A stretch of DNA of 64,000 nucleotides from Scyliorhinus canicula (Eukaryota), in NCBI RefSeq assembly GCF_902713615.1, contig NC_052156.1:140844404-140908403 (forward strand), read 5' to 3'. Below the pieces are notes generated by a model. That model had not been told where the DNA came from and did not search any database. It saw nothing but the letters and a program-made list of their open reading frames with translations. Below, in pieces: positions 50,950-63,812 of this stretch; the stretch's first letter is position 1, and each line of letters begins with the position of its first letter. Made by a program: the position numbers and the translations under genes.

Positions 50950-51250
50950 ATCTGTTCATGGGATGTGGGCGTCACGAGCTGGGCCTACATTTTTCTACAC
51001 ATCCTTAAGAGTTAACCATATTGCTTTGGATCTGGATTCACATGTAGCCAGACTAGGTAAGATTATAGATTTCCTTCCCTAAAGAACTTTAGTGAATGGG
51101 TTTTTAATGACAATCAACAATGGTTTCAAGGTTCATAATTAGACTTTTAATTCCAGATTTTTATTGATTTCAAATTGCACCATCTTCCATTACCCTGGGT
51201 CGCTGGATTACAAGTCCAGTGACAATACCACTATGCCACCACCTCCCCCA
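50950..51250 (-). mobile_element. tRNA-derived SINE with CR1-clade tail; second copy at about 57418-57825
   Basis: Head GGTGGTGGCATAGTGGTATTG; tail similar to the LINE tail at about 21060 and 43680. Confidence 0.7.
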
Positions 51251-52769
51251 AATTAGCAAATTCAAATGAAAACCACAAATGCTCTGAACAAAACCAGAAA
51301 ATGCTGGTAATACACAGGATATCAGACAACATCTAAAGAGAAAAGATAGGTTACAGCTTTTGGCAAAATGCTCAAATCAAAGCTGAAAAGAGATGAACAA
51401 ATATATTGAAGAAATATTAACAAAATTAATAGAAATCAAGATAAAGTATGAACAGAAATAAATACTGAATCAGTTCATGAATGAGAAGTCATTTGCGTTC
51501 CTCTAAAAAATATATTGAGCAATAGGTAGTAGACGTTTCCCAGCACTTCAGGAATACATTCTTCATTACTAATTATTGTTGTATTTGGTGTTATAGGGAG
51601 TTCGTGTCTTGCCACGACATTGTTGTGTAGCTAAAATTGCACCAAATAGAGTATCAAATTTCTGACATTTGCACTTTGCACTCTGATTAGCTTCATGAGA
51701 AGCCAATTTGCCAAACCAAGGAAATTATTCACCTAATGAATTCCAGGTACAAAACCTATTTTAAAGACCACAGGAAGACTCACCAGAGATAACTACACTT
51801 GCCTTGAATAGATTACGATGTGTACAAATTGCACATTGGTACATGTCAAGTATTTTGCGCACTTGGAGTGTTAGCATTTAGTGTAGCTTCTGAGCAAAAA
51901 ACACCAATTAGCATCTCGACTGGTTTATTTCTGCTCTGCTTCAGGGAAGGCCACAGGAGCAATCAGATATGTCACTATGTGCTGGCACTAACCATTTAAA
52001 AACTGGTATTGCAAATTATCTGCATTTCTTTTCCAATTAAACTACATGATGCACAGCATAGAAATGACTGATAAATTATGGACAAAACACTACCCTCCAG
52101 ACTATTCTAAACACGCTCTTTCTCAGTCAAACATTTACTTACCTTTCATGACAGAGAGATAAATGTAATATGGTCAAAATGAAGAAGTAATTTTAATTTA
52201 TTCAGGCAATTAATAAAAAGAAAATGAAAGTCACCGCCTCTTTGGCTTAATGCTTTTAAGGGCTTATCAAAACCACAATGACCACATTGAAATTGTATAT
52301 TAATGCTACTGCCTTATTTTGTAACAAAAAAAGAGCTACTTAAAATACCTTTGAATATAAAATAAATACGCTGAAAGAGGTTCCAAAACTACATTCCATG
52401 GCTTATGACAACTTATTTATTCAAGCAATGAATTAAGGAAAAACAAAGTAAAGGACATTTTAACAGTAGTAGGGAGACTGTTTATCTTTTTTGTGTAAAT
52501 TATTTCATGGAGGGAAAAATGAACAATAGGACTACAGTAAACCAATTTTATCAAGTCCATTTTTTTTACAAAAAAGTGGAGAAGTTGGTCTATTTGTTGT
52601 AGTTTACTTACGAAAACAAATAACACAACATTAACAGGTGCTGCCCTCCTAGTTCAATAGTCAAACCAACATCCGCTCTAACTTATAGATCGCTGGTTCA
52701 AGGCAACACAACTTTGGTAACCAAAAAACTAAGTAAACATACATCTGCTTAATGGCAAGCATCAAATTG

Positions 52770-53510
52770 TGACTGCAAACCAAAACAGGACTGCTAACCA
52801 AAACAGGACTGCTAACCAAAACAGGACTGCTAACCAAAACAGGACTGCTAACCAAAACAGGACTGCTAACCAAAACAGGACTGCTAACCAAAACAGGACT
52901 GCTAACCAAAACGGGACTAAAACAGGACTGCTAACCAAAACAGGACTGCTAACCAAAACAGGACTGCTAACCAAAACGGGACTAAAACAGGACTGCAAAC
53001 CAAAACAGGACTGCAAACCAAAACAGGACTGCAAACCAAAACAGGACTGCTAACCAAAACAGGACTGCTAACCAAAACAGGACTGCTAACCAAAACAGGA
53101 CTGCTAACCAAAACAGGACTGCTAACCAAAACAGGACTGCTAACCAAAACAGGACTGCTAACCAAAACATACTGCTAACCAAAACAGGACTGCTAACCAA
53201 AACAGGACTGCTAACCAAAACAGGACTGCTAACCAAAACAGGACTGCTAACCAAAACGGGACTAAAACAGGACTGCTAACCAAAACAGGACTGCAAACCA
53301 AAACAGGACTGCAAACCAAAACAGGACTGCTAACCAAAACAGGACTGCTAACCAAAACAGGACTGCTAACCAAAACAGGACTGCTAACCAAAACAGGACT
53401 GCTAACCAAAACAGGACTGCTAACCAAAACAGGACTGCTAACCAAAACAGGACTGCTAACCAAAACAGGACTGCTAACCAAAACAGGACTGCTAACCAAA
53501 ACAGGACTGC
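52770..53510. repeat. 18-bp minisatellite CAAAACAGGACTGCTAAC, about 41 copies
   Basis: Read directly; recurring variants GCAAAC and AAAACGGGACT. Confidence 0.97.
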
Positions 53511-55539
53511 CCGAACTACAAAAATAGGGGGAAAAAATAAATCTGAAACCTCAAAATCTGAAATGCAAACAAAAAAAAGAAAAGCAAAAGACTGCGGATG
53601 CTGGAAATCTGGAATAAAAACAGAAAATGCTGGAAATACTCAGCAGGCCAGGCAGCATCTGTGGAGTTAAAGTTTCAAGTCTGCATGACTCCTCAAGAAT
53701 CATATGGACGCAAAGCATTAACTGTCTCTCTCCACAAATGCTGCCAGATATGCTTAGTTTATCCAGCATTTTCGGTTTCAATTTCACAGTAGGCTGTTCA
53801 GCACCTATCAGAAAAAATGTTCCATCAGATCCATGAAAGTGTAACAAAAGAACTACACCAGTAATGTTCACCCTTTATTTTTAGAGGCTGTTCAATCTAT
53901 GATGCACCTTTTGTTCTTAATCAAAATTCAAGTTTAGCCTGTTTCAGAAATGCAATGATGAAATTATTTTGATTGCAAAGGATGCAGAGAACACAGGTCT
54001 TTAAAAAAAAATGTAGTCCTCAATTTTCCATATTTATAACCAAGAAAGGGACAGTGGTGAGGGGAATGCCCAAGCTACTCAAACAAATTGAGTGTCTGGA
54101 GTGGCTATAACTCCAACGGTGTCAGCATGAAACTGTGGGCAAATACCGCGGAAGGGATTTAAAGAGGGTTAAGATCGTAGATTTGGTTGCTGAGACGGAT
54201 ATTGGGGGTGCTCAGACGGTGAACATAGATCAGCAAGGAAATGGTGTTATGTAAGTGGGACTTGAAAATGAAAGTCGCTTATTGTCACAAGTAGGCTTCA
54301 AATGAAGTTACTGTGAAAAGCCCCTAGTTGCCACATTCCAGCACCTGTTCGGGGAGGCTGGTACGGGAATTGAACCGTGCTGCTGGCCTGCCCTGGTCTG
54401 CTTTAAAAGCGATTTAGCCGTGTGCTAAACCAGACTTTTGTGTGGAGTTAGAAACATGCAGCAGCATTTTGAACAAATTGGAGTTAATGGAAGTTGAATG
54501 AAGGGAGACCAGCAAGGAGATTAGAGTAGTCAGGTCTGGAGGTGACAAAAGCAGAGATAATGGTTTGTGCAATGAAAGTACAGAGGGTGCCAGTGGTAAT
54601 AACAGTTTGTATTTATATAATGGCTTTAACTTGGTAAAACATCCTATTGTACTTCACAGGAGTTTTATCAAACACAATTTGACCCCAAGCCACATAAGGA
54701 AATATTAGAGAAGAGTCACGTTAAGAGTGATCAAAGTGCTACTGTATATACTCATGTAGAATTCAAGTTTGAGGCACCACTTTATAGACAAAAAGTAGAA
54801 AGTCAATTTATAAGAGTAATATTTTTAAGGGGTTGAAAAAGTTTCACAACAGGTTTGCTCTCCAAGTTTGTCTCCCAAACCCCTGCCTGACTCTCACCCA
54901 CAGCTTCACTGCCCAACTCTCCTAACTTGCTCCCCCTTGACACACCGTCCAGGCAGGAAAACAACGAGTGGACAAATCGAGAGAGAGAGTGTGCATGCGC
55001 AGTAGAGGCTGTGAGCAGATGGGGAGTAGAAAGAGGTAGTATTTTTTGGCTAAAAGTCAGGGTGTTGCTTTGTCTTTCCTCCATACCCCAAAAAAATTGA
55101 AGACTGAACTCTTCCAAAGATTTTTGGGGGGTTAGAAGACAGACAGAATGACACCATTCCCTGCAACTGCAGCAGAGCAATTTCATCAAAGGCTTAACTC
55201 TCTCGATAGCCCAGTTGCCCAAGACAACATGGTGGAGTTCTGGAGGAAAAATGTCAGGCTCAATTCCCAGTCTTCCTGTACCTAATTCAAAGCAATAGGT
55301 AACAAGTAGAAATGAGCCAGGACTGTAACTTGATCATGATACTACAATCTCTAGTAAAAAATACTAATGGGTGGACAACAGGTTGAGACAGAATCTGACT
55401 CGTCTATGATCCTCATTTACCTCTCCCTCTCGATCAACTGCTTGGATAAATTTGCTTATCTAAATGGTTTGCAACCTGGTGAGATACCAAAAGAACTGTG
55501 GAAACATTCCCAGCAAAAGGTAGTGTCTTCAAAAGTAGG

Positions 55540-55768
55540 AGAAAATAAGCTTTCCGAGCATGAGGGCGCTGGAGGACAAGTTTGGGCTGGCGAGAGGGAA
55601 CGACTTTAGATACTTACAGGTGCGGGATTTTGTACGCAGACTGGTGCCGTCCTTCCCACGTCTCCCGCTGAAGGGGAGGCAGGACAGGGTCGTTTCTAGG
55701 GGAGAAGGTAGAGTCTCAGGCGTCTACAAACAGAGGACCTGAAGCTTAAGTAGGAAGAGGAGCTCAGG

Positions 55769-55813
<45 letters not shown>
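55540..55813 (+). mobile_element. Short L1/Tx1-like ORF2 fragment ending in a long G run
   Basis: LEDKFGLARGNDFRYLQVRDFVRR is similar to LEEKFGLPPGNMFRYLQVKAFARR at about 18400. Confidence 0.7.
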
Positions 55814-55816
<3 letters not shown>

Positions 55817-56321
55817 AATGAACACGACCGCAATTTGCTGAAGACATGATAGAGAGCTATTTAAACAGAAGTTAGTTTTTTATGTTTTGCACTCCCTCTC
55901 AGAAGAAGTTAATTCAGTGGTCTTATAAACCTACGTGCAACACTTGGAAGGGAGTACCAGCTGAACACTTTTTAAACATAAATCAAAAACATTGAACTTT
56001 AGACCTTTTAAAAATTATATAAAAGTCAGTGAAATAAGAACTCTCATACCTAAATATAAATATTAAACAGCAAGCAGTTTTAAACCATAATGGGGAGATG
56101 CTTTAGAACAGATTTTACAAGGCAGGTGTAGTTTTAAATTGTTAGGTTTGCATTGGTGCAGATGTGAATTCTGTTCAATTTCATCACAGTCTTTTACTCA
56201 ATTTATTTTTTCATCAAATATTATGCAGGATGTTGCATGAATGTCTAGTACTAAGTGCCCATTACGGTTGTATGCCCAAAAGACTTCAATATATGGACCA
56301 TTATTAGCAGAATTGTGAATT

Positions 56322-56506
56322 ATTTTTTATTTTTTTAAAATATCTTTTTTAAATTTAGATTACCCAATTATTTTTTTCAATTAAGGGGCAATTTAGTGTG
56401 GCCAATCCACCTATCCTGCACATCTTTTAGTTGTGGGGGTTAAACCCACGCATACACAGGGAGAATGTGCAAACTCCACATGGACAATGACCCAGGGCCG
56501 GAATAC
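56322..56506 (-). mobile_element. 5'-truncated poly(A)-tailed HE1-like SINE
   Basis: 16-bp TSD AGCAGAATTGTGAATT at 56306-56321 and 56507-56522. Confidence 0.88.
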
Positions 56507-56584
56507 AGCAGAATTGTGAATTTATGTATTCTTGAAATTAATTGCATAGGACGACAATGCCACATCGGAGTTTTTGCACAAATG

Positions 56585-57197
56585 AAACAAAGAACATTAC
56601 AATACAGGAACAGGCCATTTGGCCCACCAAGCCTGCACAATCCAGATTCCTTATTTAGATCTAATACTCATTGCCAAATGATCTGTATCCCTCCATTCCC
56701 CACCTGTTCATATGACTATCAAGATACCTCTTAAACATTGCTTATCATGCATGCCTCCACCACCTCAATTGGCAATGCGTTCCAGGCACCCATCACCGTC
56801 TGCATGAAAAACTTTCCCCACACATCTCCCCTAAACTATCCCCCTCTCACCTTGAACCTGTGCCCCCTTGTAATTGAGTCTTCCACCCTGGGAAAAAGCT
56901 TCTGACTATTCACCATCTATACCTCTCAAAATTTTGTAGACCTCAATCAGGTCTTGGCTCAGCCTTCATCTTTGCAACGAAAACAATCCACATTTATTCA
57001 ACTTCTCCTCAGTGCCAACATCCTCCAGACCAGGCAACATCCTGGCAAATCTTCTTTGCACTTTCTCCAAAGCATCCACATCCTTTTGGTAGTGTGGCAG
57101 GCCAGAACTGCACACAATTTTCCAAATGTGGCCGAACTAAAGTTTTATACAACTGTAACATGACCTGCCAACTCTTGTACTCAATGCCCTGGCCGAC
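56585..57197 (-). mobile_element. Truncated CR1 3' fragment
   Basis: MLQLYKTLVRPHLENCVQFW; tail GGGCCAAATGGCCTGTTCCTGTATTGTAATGTTCT. Confidence 0.85.
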
Positions 57198-58211
57198 GCG
57201 CATTTGGTTGCTATACCCACCTGCAGCCTTTAAAACCTTTAAACAGTCAGCCAGAATGTAAAAAATTTAAGTTTTCTCATAATAAAGTGGCCCCCATCTG
57301 CACCCCTAAACCTTTTAAAAGGTCTGTCAGTATGCCAAGTTTAAAGGACCATGAGATAGTAACAAAAAAATATTACATTTATGAATACTGAAACGGATTT
57401 GAGATCTTTTTTTGAAATTCGTTCTTGGGATATGGGCATCGCTGGCTGGGCCAGCATTTGTTGCCCGTCCCTAATTGCCCTTGAACTGAGCAGCTTGGTA
57501 GACCCATTTCAGTTGGGGGCAGCTAAGAGTCAACCGCATCACTGTGTGGGCCTAGAGTCACACGTAAGCCAGACCGGGCAAGTGCCCTTCAGGGAAGCCA
57601 GATTTGCTCCCCTGAAAGACACTAGTGAACCAGAAGGGATTTTACGACAATCTGTATCGACAATGGTTTCATGGTCATCATTAACTTTAATTCCAGGTTT
57701 TTTTTTTTTTTAAATTCCAATTTCACCATCTGCTATGGTGGGATTCGAACCTGGGACCCCAGAGCATTACCCTGAGTCTCTGGATTACTAGTCTAGTACA
57801 ATACCACTATGCCACCACCTCCCACTCAATATTCCTTCTGATCAAAAGGCAAATAAATCCATCATTATATCTTTCAGTTTTTAGCTATTGTGAAACAGGC
57901 TGAAGCATAATCAAACATCAGAGAAGGAACAGAGGGTTCTCCAAAGTATGGGCTGCAGCTCAGTTTGGTTATAGAATCCCTACAGTGCAGAAGGAGGCTG
58001 TTCAGCCCATCGAGTCTGCACTGACTGTCCAAAAGAACACTCTACTTTACATCCGCTCCCCTGCCTATCCCGATAATCCCACCTAACCGTTGGACACTAA
58101 AGGGCAATTTAGCATGGGCAATCCACCTAAATAGCACCCGGAGGAAAGCCATGCAAACATAGGGAAAAAGTGCAACCTCCTTACAGAGTACGAGTATTTC
58201 CAGCAACTTTG

Positions 58212-58323
58212 ATTTTTATTTCAATTTTACACTGTCTTGAACAAGTATTTTTTTGTTTTAAATGGAAGAGGATTTCATTTTCAAAAAAACATGTTCAAGA
58301 CAGTGTAAAATTGAAATAAAAAT
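58212..58323. repeat. Perfect 32-bp inverted repeat with a 48-nt spacer
   Basis: ATTTTTATTTCAATTTTACACTGTCTTGAACA (58212-58243) and its exact reverse complement (58292-58323). Confidence 0.9.
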
Positions 58324-60126
58324 AGAAGATGCTGGAGAAATAGAATTATCATAGGTCGATAATATTTTTAAATCCGAACTGGAAAAAGTTTGAGATGCGA
58401 CAGGTCTAAAGCAAGTACAGAAGCAGGGAAAGGAGGGGGGGGGGAAATATAGAAAAAAAGGTAAGGTTTGTGATGGGGGTCAAAGACAGGAGAGATTAAA
58501 TGACAAAAAGGATGATCATGGAACAAGAAACAAAATGTGTAAATGGGAAAATAGAATCATTATAACAGCTTCCTTCCATAACCAAAATAATTAGAATTGA
58601 TGCAAAAAGATGATCTGATCTCTGAAAATAATATCCCACTAAAGTTTTAATTATAGCTATGAAACCAAGTACTGGAACTATGACTCCCCAATGGGTTAGT
58701 GGTTTTACTTTAGTGTTTTTCTTGTCAGAATTAAAAGCATGATGTCAAAATCTCCTTTTCACAAGGTCACATCACATACATGCCTCAAAACATTACCTCT
58801 GGCACCTTGTCCTTACCCACAGACAGGGGCTGTTTAGCTCACAGGGCTAAATCACTGGCTTTGAAAGCAGACCAAGGCAAGCCAGCAGCACGGTTCAATT
58901 CCCCAAACAGCCTCCCCGAACAGGCGCCGGAATGTGGCGACTAGGGGCTTTTCACAGTAACTTCATTTGAAGCCTACTCGTGACAATAAGCGATTTTCAT
59001 TTAATTTCATATGGCAGGGGGATGGTAACCTATGTAAGGATTCAGAGCAGGGGAAATCAAGAACAGGAGAAAAAGACAGCAAGGAAAATAGGAAAAGTGA
59101 TACGCAGAGAAATCAAGGGCCAGAATCAGATAAGGACACAGTAAAACAAAAAGTAGAAAAGGGACAAGGAACGACTAGTCTTAAAATTTGTACTTGAACG
59201 CTCAAAACATTCAAAATGAAATGGATGAATTAGCTGCGCATATAGATGTACACAGGTATGATACACCTCGGATTACGGATATGTGGCTCCAAGGTGACCA
59301 CGGATGGGAATTAAACATTGAGGACTATTCTATGTTTAGGAAGGACAGAGAGAAAGGAAAAGGCTTTGTTGATTAAAGATATTGATACAATATTGAGAAA
59401 TGATATTAGCACAGACGATTTGGAATCCGTAAGGGTTGAGTTGAGAAACACCAATGAGCAAAAAACATTCGTGGGGATGGTATACAGTATGGTAGCACAG
59501 TGGTTAGCACAGCATCAGGGTCCCAGGTTCGATTCCCGGCTTGGGTCATTGTTTGTGCGGAGTCTACACGTTCTCCCTGTGTCTGCGTGGGTTTCCTCCA
59601 GGTGCTCCGGTTTCCTCCCACAAGACCCAAAAGACGTGCTGTTAGGCAATTCGGTCATCCTGAACTCTCCTTCTGTGTACCCGAACAGGCACCGGAGTGT
59701 GGCGACTAGGGGTTTTTCCCCACAGTAACTTCACTGCAGTGTTAATGTAAGCCTACTTGTGACACTAAAGATTATTATACAGACCACCAAACTGTTGTGG
59801 TAATATTGGAAATAGCATTATACAGGAAATCAGAGTTGAATCAGATTGCTGATTAAGGAACATCTGTGGTTGTGGGTGACATTAACCGGCATACAGATTG
59901 AGTGAGTCAAATTAGCCACAGTACAATAGTGGAGGATTCTGGAATGTATACGGAATGATTTTCTGGACCAATGCACTGAGGAGCTAACAAGGAAACAGGC
60001 CATCTTGGACTGGGTATTGTGCAATGAGAAAAGAGTAGTTGGCAAACTAGTTGAGAGAACATTTAGGGATGAGTGACAATACCATGACAGAATTCTTTAA
60101 CAAGATGGATAGTGAGGTAGTTGATT

Positions 60127-60805
60127 TTTTTAACAATAACAAAAACAATAACATTAACATGGTAAAATAAACATTTCCTCACCCGACCCAATCTTCACAC
60201 ACCTTAACCATCCAACACCTGCCCGCTCCCCCACCCCCCCTTTCAGAATGCTGCTTCTGCCAACATTTTAATTTTCCCCGAGAAAGTTGACGAACAGCTG
60301 CCACCTCAAAGAGAACCCCAACATTGACCCTCTTACGGCAAACTTTATTTTCTCGAGACTGAGAAACCCAGCCATGTCACGAACCCAGGTCTCTACACTC
60401 GGGGGCTTAGAGTCCCTCCACATTAAAAGGATCCATCTCCGGGCTACCAGGGAGGCAAAGGCTAAGACGTCAGCCTCTTTCACTCCCTAAACTCCCGGAT
60501 CTTCTGACACTCCAAAGATCGCTGCCTCTAGACTCGGCACCACCCCTGTTTCTAGCACAGTGGACATTGCCTTCGCAAACCCCTGCCAAAACCCTCTGCG
60601 CTTCAGGCATGCCCAGAACACGTGAACATGGTTTGCTGGGATTCCCGCGCACCTCACACATCTATCTTCTACCCCGAAAAACTTGCTCATCCTCGCCGCC
60701 ATGTGTGCACGGTGGACCGCCTTAAATTGTATTAGGCTAAGCCTAGCACATGATGAGGAGGAATTGACCCTGCTTAGGGCTTCCGCCCATAGACCCGCCT
60801 CTAAC
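60127..60805 (-). mobile_element. L1/Tx1-like 3' fragment
   Basis: EDRCVRC...HVFWAC, LAFASLVARR, LEKIKFAVRGS. Confidence 0.85.
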
Positions 60806-62025
60806 TCTGTTATGTGTTTATGTTAACATGCGGGTTGCTCTTTGGGGGTTGGTGGGAGGATGGGATTGTTGTTGTTGATATGGGGATTGACATTGCATTT
60901 GTTATTGTTTATTGTTGGTGTGTGTAAATTTGGGAGAAAATGTGAAAGAGAATTTTTAAAAATTCAATAAAAATGAAAGCACCTGGAATTGCAGGTAGTG
61001 TCTTGAGATGGCTAGAATGCTGGTTAGCAGACAGGAAGCAAAGAGCTGGAATAAATGGATCTTTTTCTGAATGGTTGGCAGTGACTGGTGCAGTACCACA
61101 GGGATCAGTACTAAATCACCAGCTGTTCACATTATATATTAATGATTTGCACGAAGGAACTAAATGTTTATCTACAAATTTGCAGATGATACAAAGTTGG
61201 GTGGAAGAGTGAGCTGTGAGGAGGACGCAGAGGTGCTTCAACAGGATTTGGACAGGCTGAGTGAGTGGGCATATGCATGGTCGATATAGTACAATGTAGA
61301 TAAATGTGAGATTATCCACTTCGGTGGCAAAAATAGGATGGTGGATTATACTTGAATGGGTGTAAATTGAGAGGTGGATACTCAGCAAGACCTTAGTGTC
61401 CTCGTGCATCAGTCGTTGAAAGTAAACGCTCGGGTACAGCAGACAGTAAAGGCGGCAAATAGTATGTTAGCCTTCATAGCAAGAGGATTTGAGTATAGGA
61501 ATAGGGATGTTTTACCGCAATTATACGGGCATTGGTACGGCCACACCTGGAATTCTGGCGTCCTCATCAGAGGAAGGATGTTCTTGCCATAGTGGGAGTG
61601 CAGCGAAGGTTTACCAGACCGATTCCTGGGATGTCAAGACTGTCATATGAGAAGAGACCAGTCGGTTAGGATTATATTCATTGTAGTTTAGAAGAGTTAG
61701 AGGGAATGTCATTGAAACTTATAAAGTACGAACAGGATTAGACAGGTTCAGAACGTTCCAAATGGTGGGGGGAGTCCAGAACTAGGGGGTCATAATTTGA
61801 GAATAAAGGTAAACCTTTTAGGGCTGAGGTAACGAGAAATTTCTTCACCCAAAGAGTGGTGAATCTGCGGAATTCACTACCACAGAAAGTAGTAGAGGTC
61901 AAAATGTTGAGATTAAGAAGGAATTAGATATAGATCTTGGGGCCAAAGGGAACAAGGGATTTGGGGAGAGGGAAAAGGTGTAATCAGGGAATTGAATTTG
62001 ATGATCAGTCATGATCATAATGAAT

Positions 62026-62216
62026 AGAACAGTAAAAAGTCTTATAACACAAGGCTCAAGTCCAACAGGTTTGTTTGGAATCACTAGCTTTCGGAGCGCA
62101 CCCGATGAAGGAGCTGCACTCCGAAAGCTAGTGATTCCAAACAAACCTGTTGGACTTTAACCTGGTGTTGCAAGACGTCTTCCTGTGCCACTCCAGTCCA
62201 ACGCTGGCAACTCCAC
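62026..62216. mobile_element. Second palindromic Penelope-derived element with a hammerhead-like core at 62099-62133 (+)
   Basis: CAC-CCGATGA-A-GGAG-CTGCA-CTCC-GAAA-GCTA-GTG; 12-bp TSD ATCATAATGAAT at 62014-62025 and 62217-62228. Confidence 0.8.
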
Positions 62217-63266
62217 ATCATAATGAATGGTGGGGCAGGCTAGAGGGGCCGAATGGTCTACTCCTGCTTCTATGTCTATGCATGCTGCATCTTTTCATTG
62301 ATATTAACATCACCAAGCCTGACATCATTCTTCTCAGTTCCCACCTGAAACTATGAATCATTGTATCAATTCCTTCCTCCCACTCTCTGGAGGAACCTCA
62401 AGATTACTTTGATGGTGAGGAAACATCAGCTCTGTGAAAAGGTTCAGACCCTGCAGCCTTACTATCATTAAAAACTACCCGTTTTACCTCTGCCTGCACC
62501 CCAAACACCAATAAAATGACTCCCCACTTCTTTACCACCTCCAGATTTGGTTAATACAATGCACTTTCTTGCAGCTTTACCCTTCAGAAACTGCAACTCT
62601 TCCAAAACGTTGCCACTTATATATTCCATACTAATTCCCATTCACCATTACGAACTTCACAAATCTGTACCAACATCGTATCTAATTAGGCATCCATTTT
62701 AGAAACTCTTGTTCTGTTAAGCAAATTCCTTCATGATCTTGCTCTTTTCCACCTCTGCAAGTCTTACTTTCCTGTACATGTCCTCTGTTTTTCAGACTCT
62801 GGTGACATTTGCATATGAGTTCCTCTCTCTCCATTTCTCAATTCCAGTTATTTTCATCTTCGTTTCAGTACTTTGGGATGTCATCAAATTAAAATGCACA
62901 AATTAAGTGCAACTTGAAATACTTGCATGTAGCAGAGTTGCATGTGCTCAAGTCACAATTCCACATTTATGACAAAATGGAACGCTGATACTGCACTCAA
63001 TTCAAAAAGGTCCATATAGAATGCTAGTAAAGCTTCATACATCACATCTTGTGCCTCTAAGAATGTCACTCCATAGGACATCAGCTAAAATCAGGTCCAA
63101 ATGCAGTGCCATAAATGCAAGGTAACATCCCACAGAACTTAACTACAGGAATTCTGCGACTTATTTATTGGTACATTTCTGCAGGTCTTCCATCCCTATC
63201 AATCACCAGTTTTAAAGTTGTACCTGACTCGAAACAGTTACATTATCCCAACTGAAAATAAGTTAC

Positions 63267-63352
63267 CTTCGTACTCGTGGTGGCTTTGGTGGTGGTGAAT
63301 CAGATTTGTCAGGAGGAGAAGAAATGGTTGTACTTTCAGAACTAATGTCATC
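63267..63352 (-). CDS. PTPN12: PTPN12 exon 12 equivalent: DDISSESTTISSPPDKSDSPPPKPPRVR(S), the p130Cas-SH3-binding Pro1 motif
   Basis: Acceptor gtcttttattgcAG, donor AAG/gtaact; 86 nt, phase 0-2; DSPPPKPPR is identical to PTP-PEST. Confidence 0.96.
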
Positions 63353-63654
63353 CTGCAATAAAAGACAAAAGCAGCTAACAAGGATGAATATATACGCTCC
63401 ACTTACTAAACTCAGAGCATGGAATTGAAGGGGCAGTTGGAAAGTACAAGTGGAACCCACGAAACAACAACAGTAGAGAGCAAGTCCCAGATTAATCACA
63501 AATACAGCTTGATAAAAAGGCACAACAAAAAATAGGTCCAATCTTCTTTCTTACATACTTCTTTTGTCTTAAAGCAAAGGCAAATGAAAATAAGAAATAA
63601 AGTTAGCAGGGTCAGGAGGCAGGCAGATTAATATTTTCTGTACAAAGTACTTAC

Positions 63655-63812
63655 CCATCTATAAATATTGGTCTATATTTATCCAGATCAAGTGTGCCCA
63701 ATCTTGTGGAGCATTAAATCAATATTTCCAAACATAAGAGAAGAATAATGGCTAAAAGAGCTGCTCCCAAATCCAGGGAAACTTGAATTTCAGCAGTTAC
63801 TATCACTGAAAT
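63655..63812 (-). other. Candidate alternative PTPN12 exon (158 nt) encoding a hydrophobic 32-mer and a stop
   Basis: Acceptor gatgaccttttttttgcAG, donor TGG/gtaagt; phase-0 translation ISVIVTAEIQVSLDLGAALLAIILLLCLEILI*. Confidence 0.55.

Larger units (their letters stand above)
59002..62278 (+). mobile_element. Older CR1 ORF2 plus 3' UTR, with nested SINE (59487-59775), L1 pieces (60127-60972) and a Penelope palindrome (62026-62216)
   Basis: YLNAQNIQN, VPQGSVL and CR1 tail GAGGGGCCGAATGGTCTACTCCTGCTTCTATGTCTATG. Confidence 0.85.

Noticed and set aside
52661-53499. VSSPVL, WLAVLF and TANQNR repeat ORFs
   Set aside because: Translations of the 18-bp minisatellite.
4767-63352. Assignment to PTPN22 or PTPN18 instead of PTPN12
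   Set aside because: PPKPPR-SCLVEGDAKEEILQPPEP, VWQDNDRYHPKP, NPLH and PMSIAR are PTPN12-specific.
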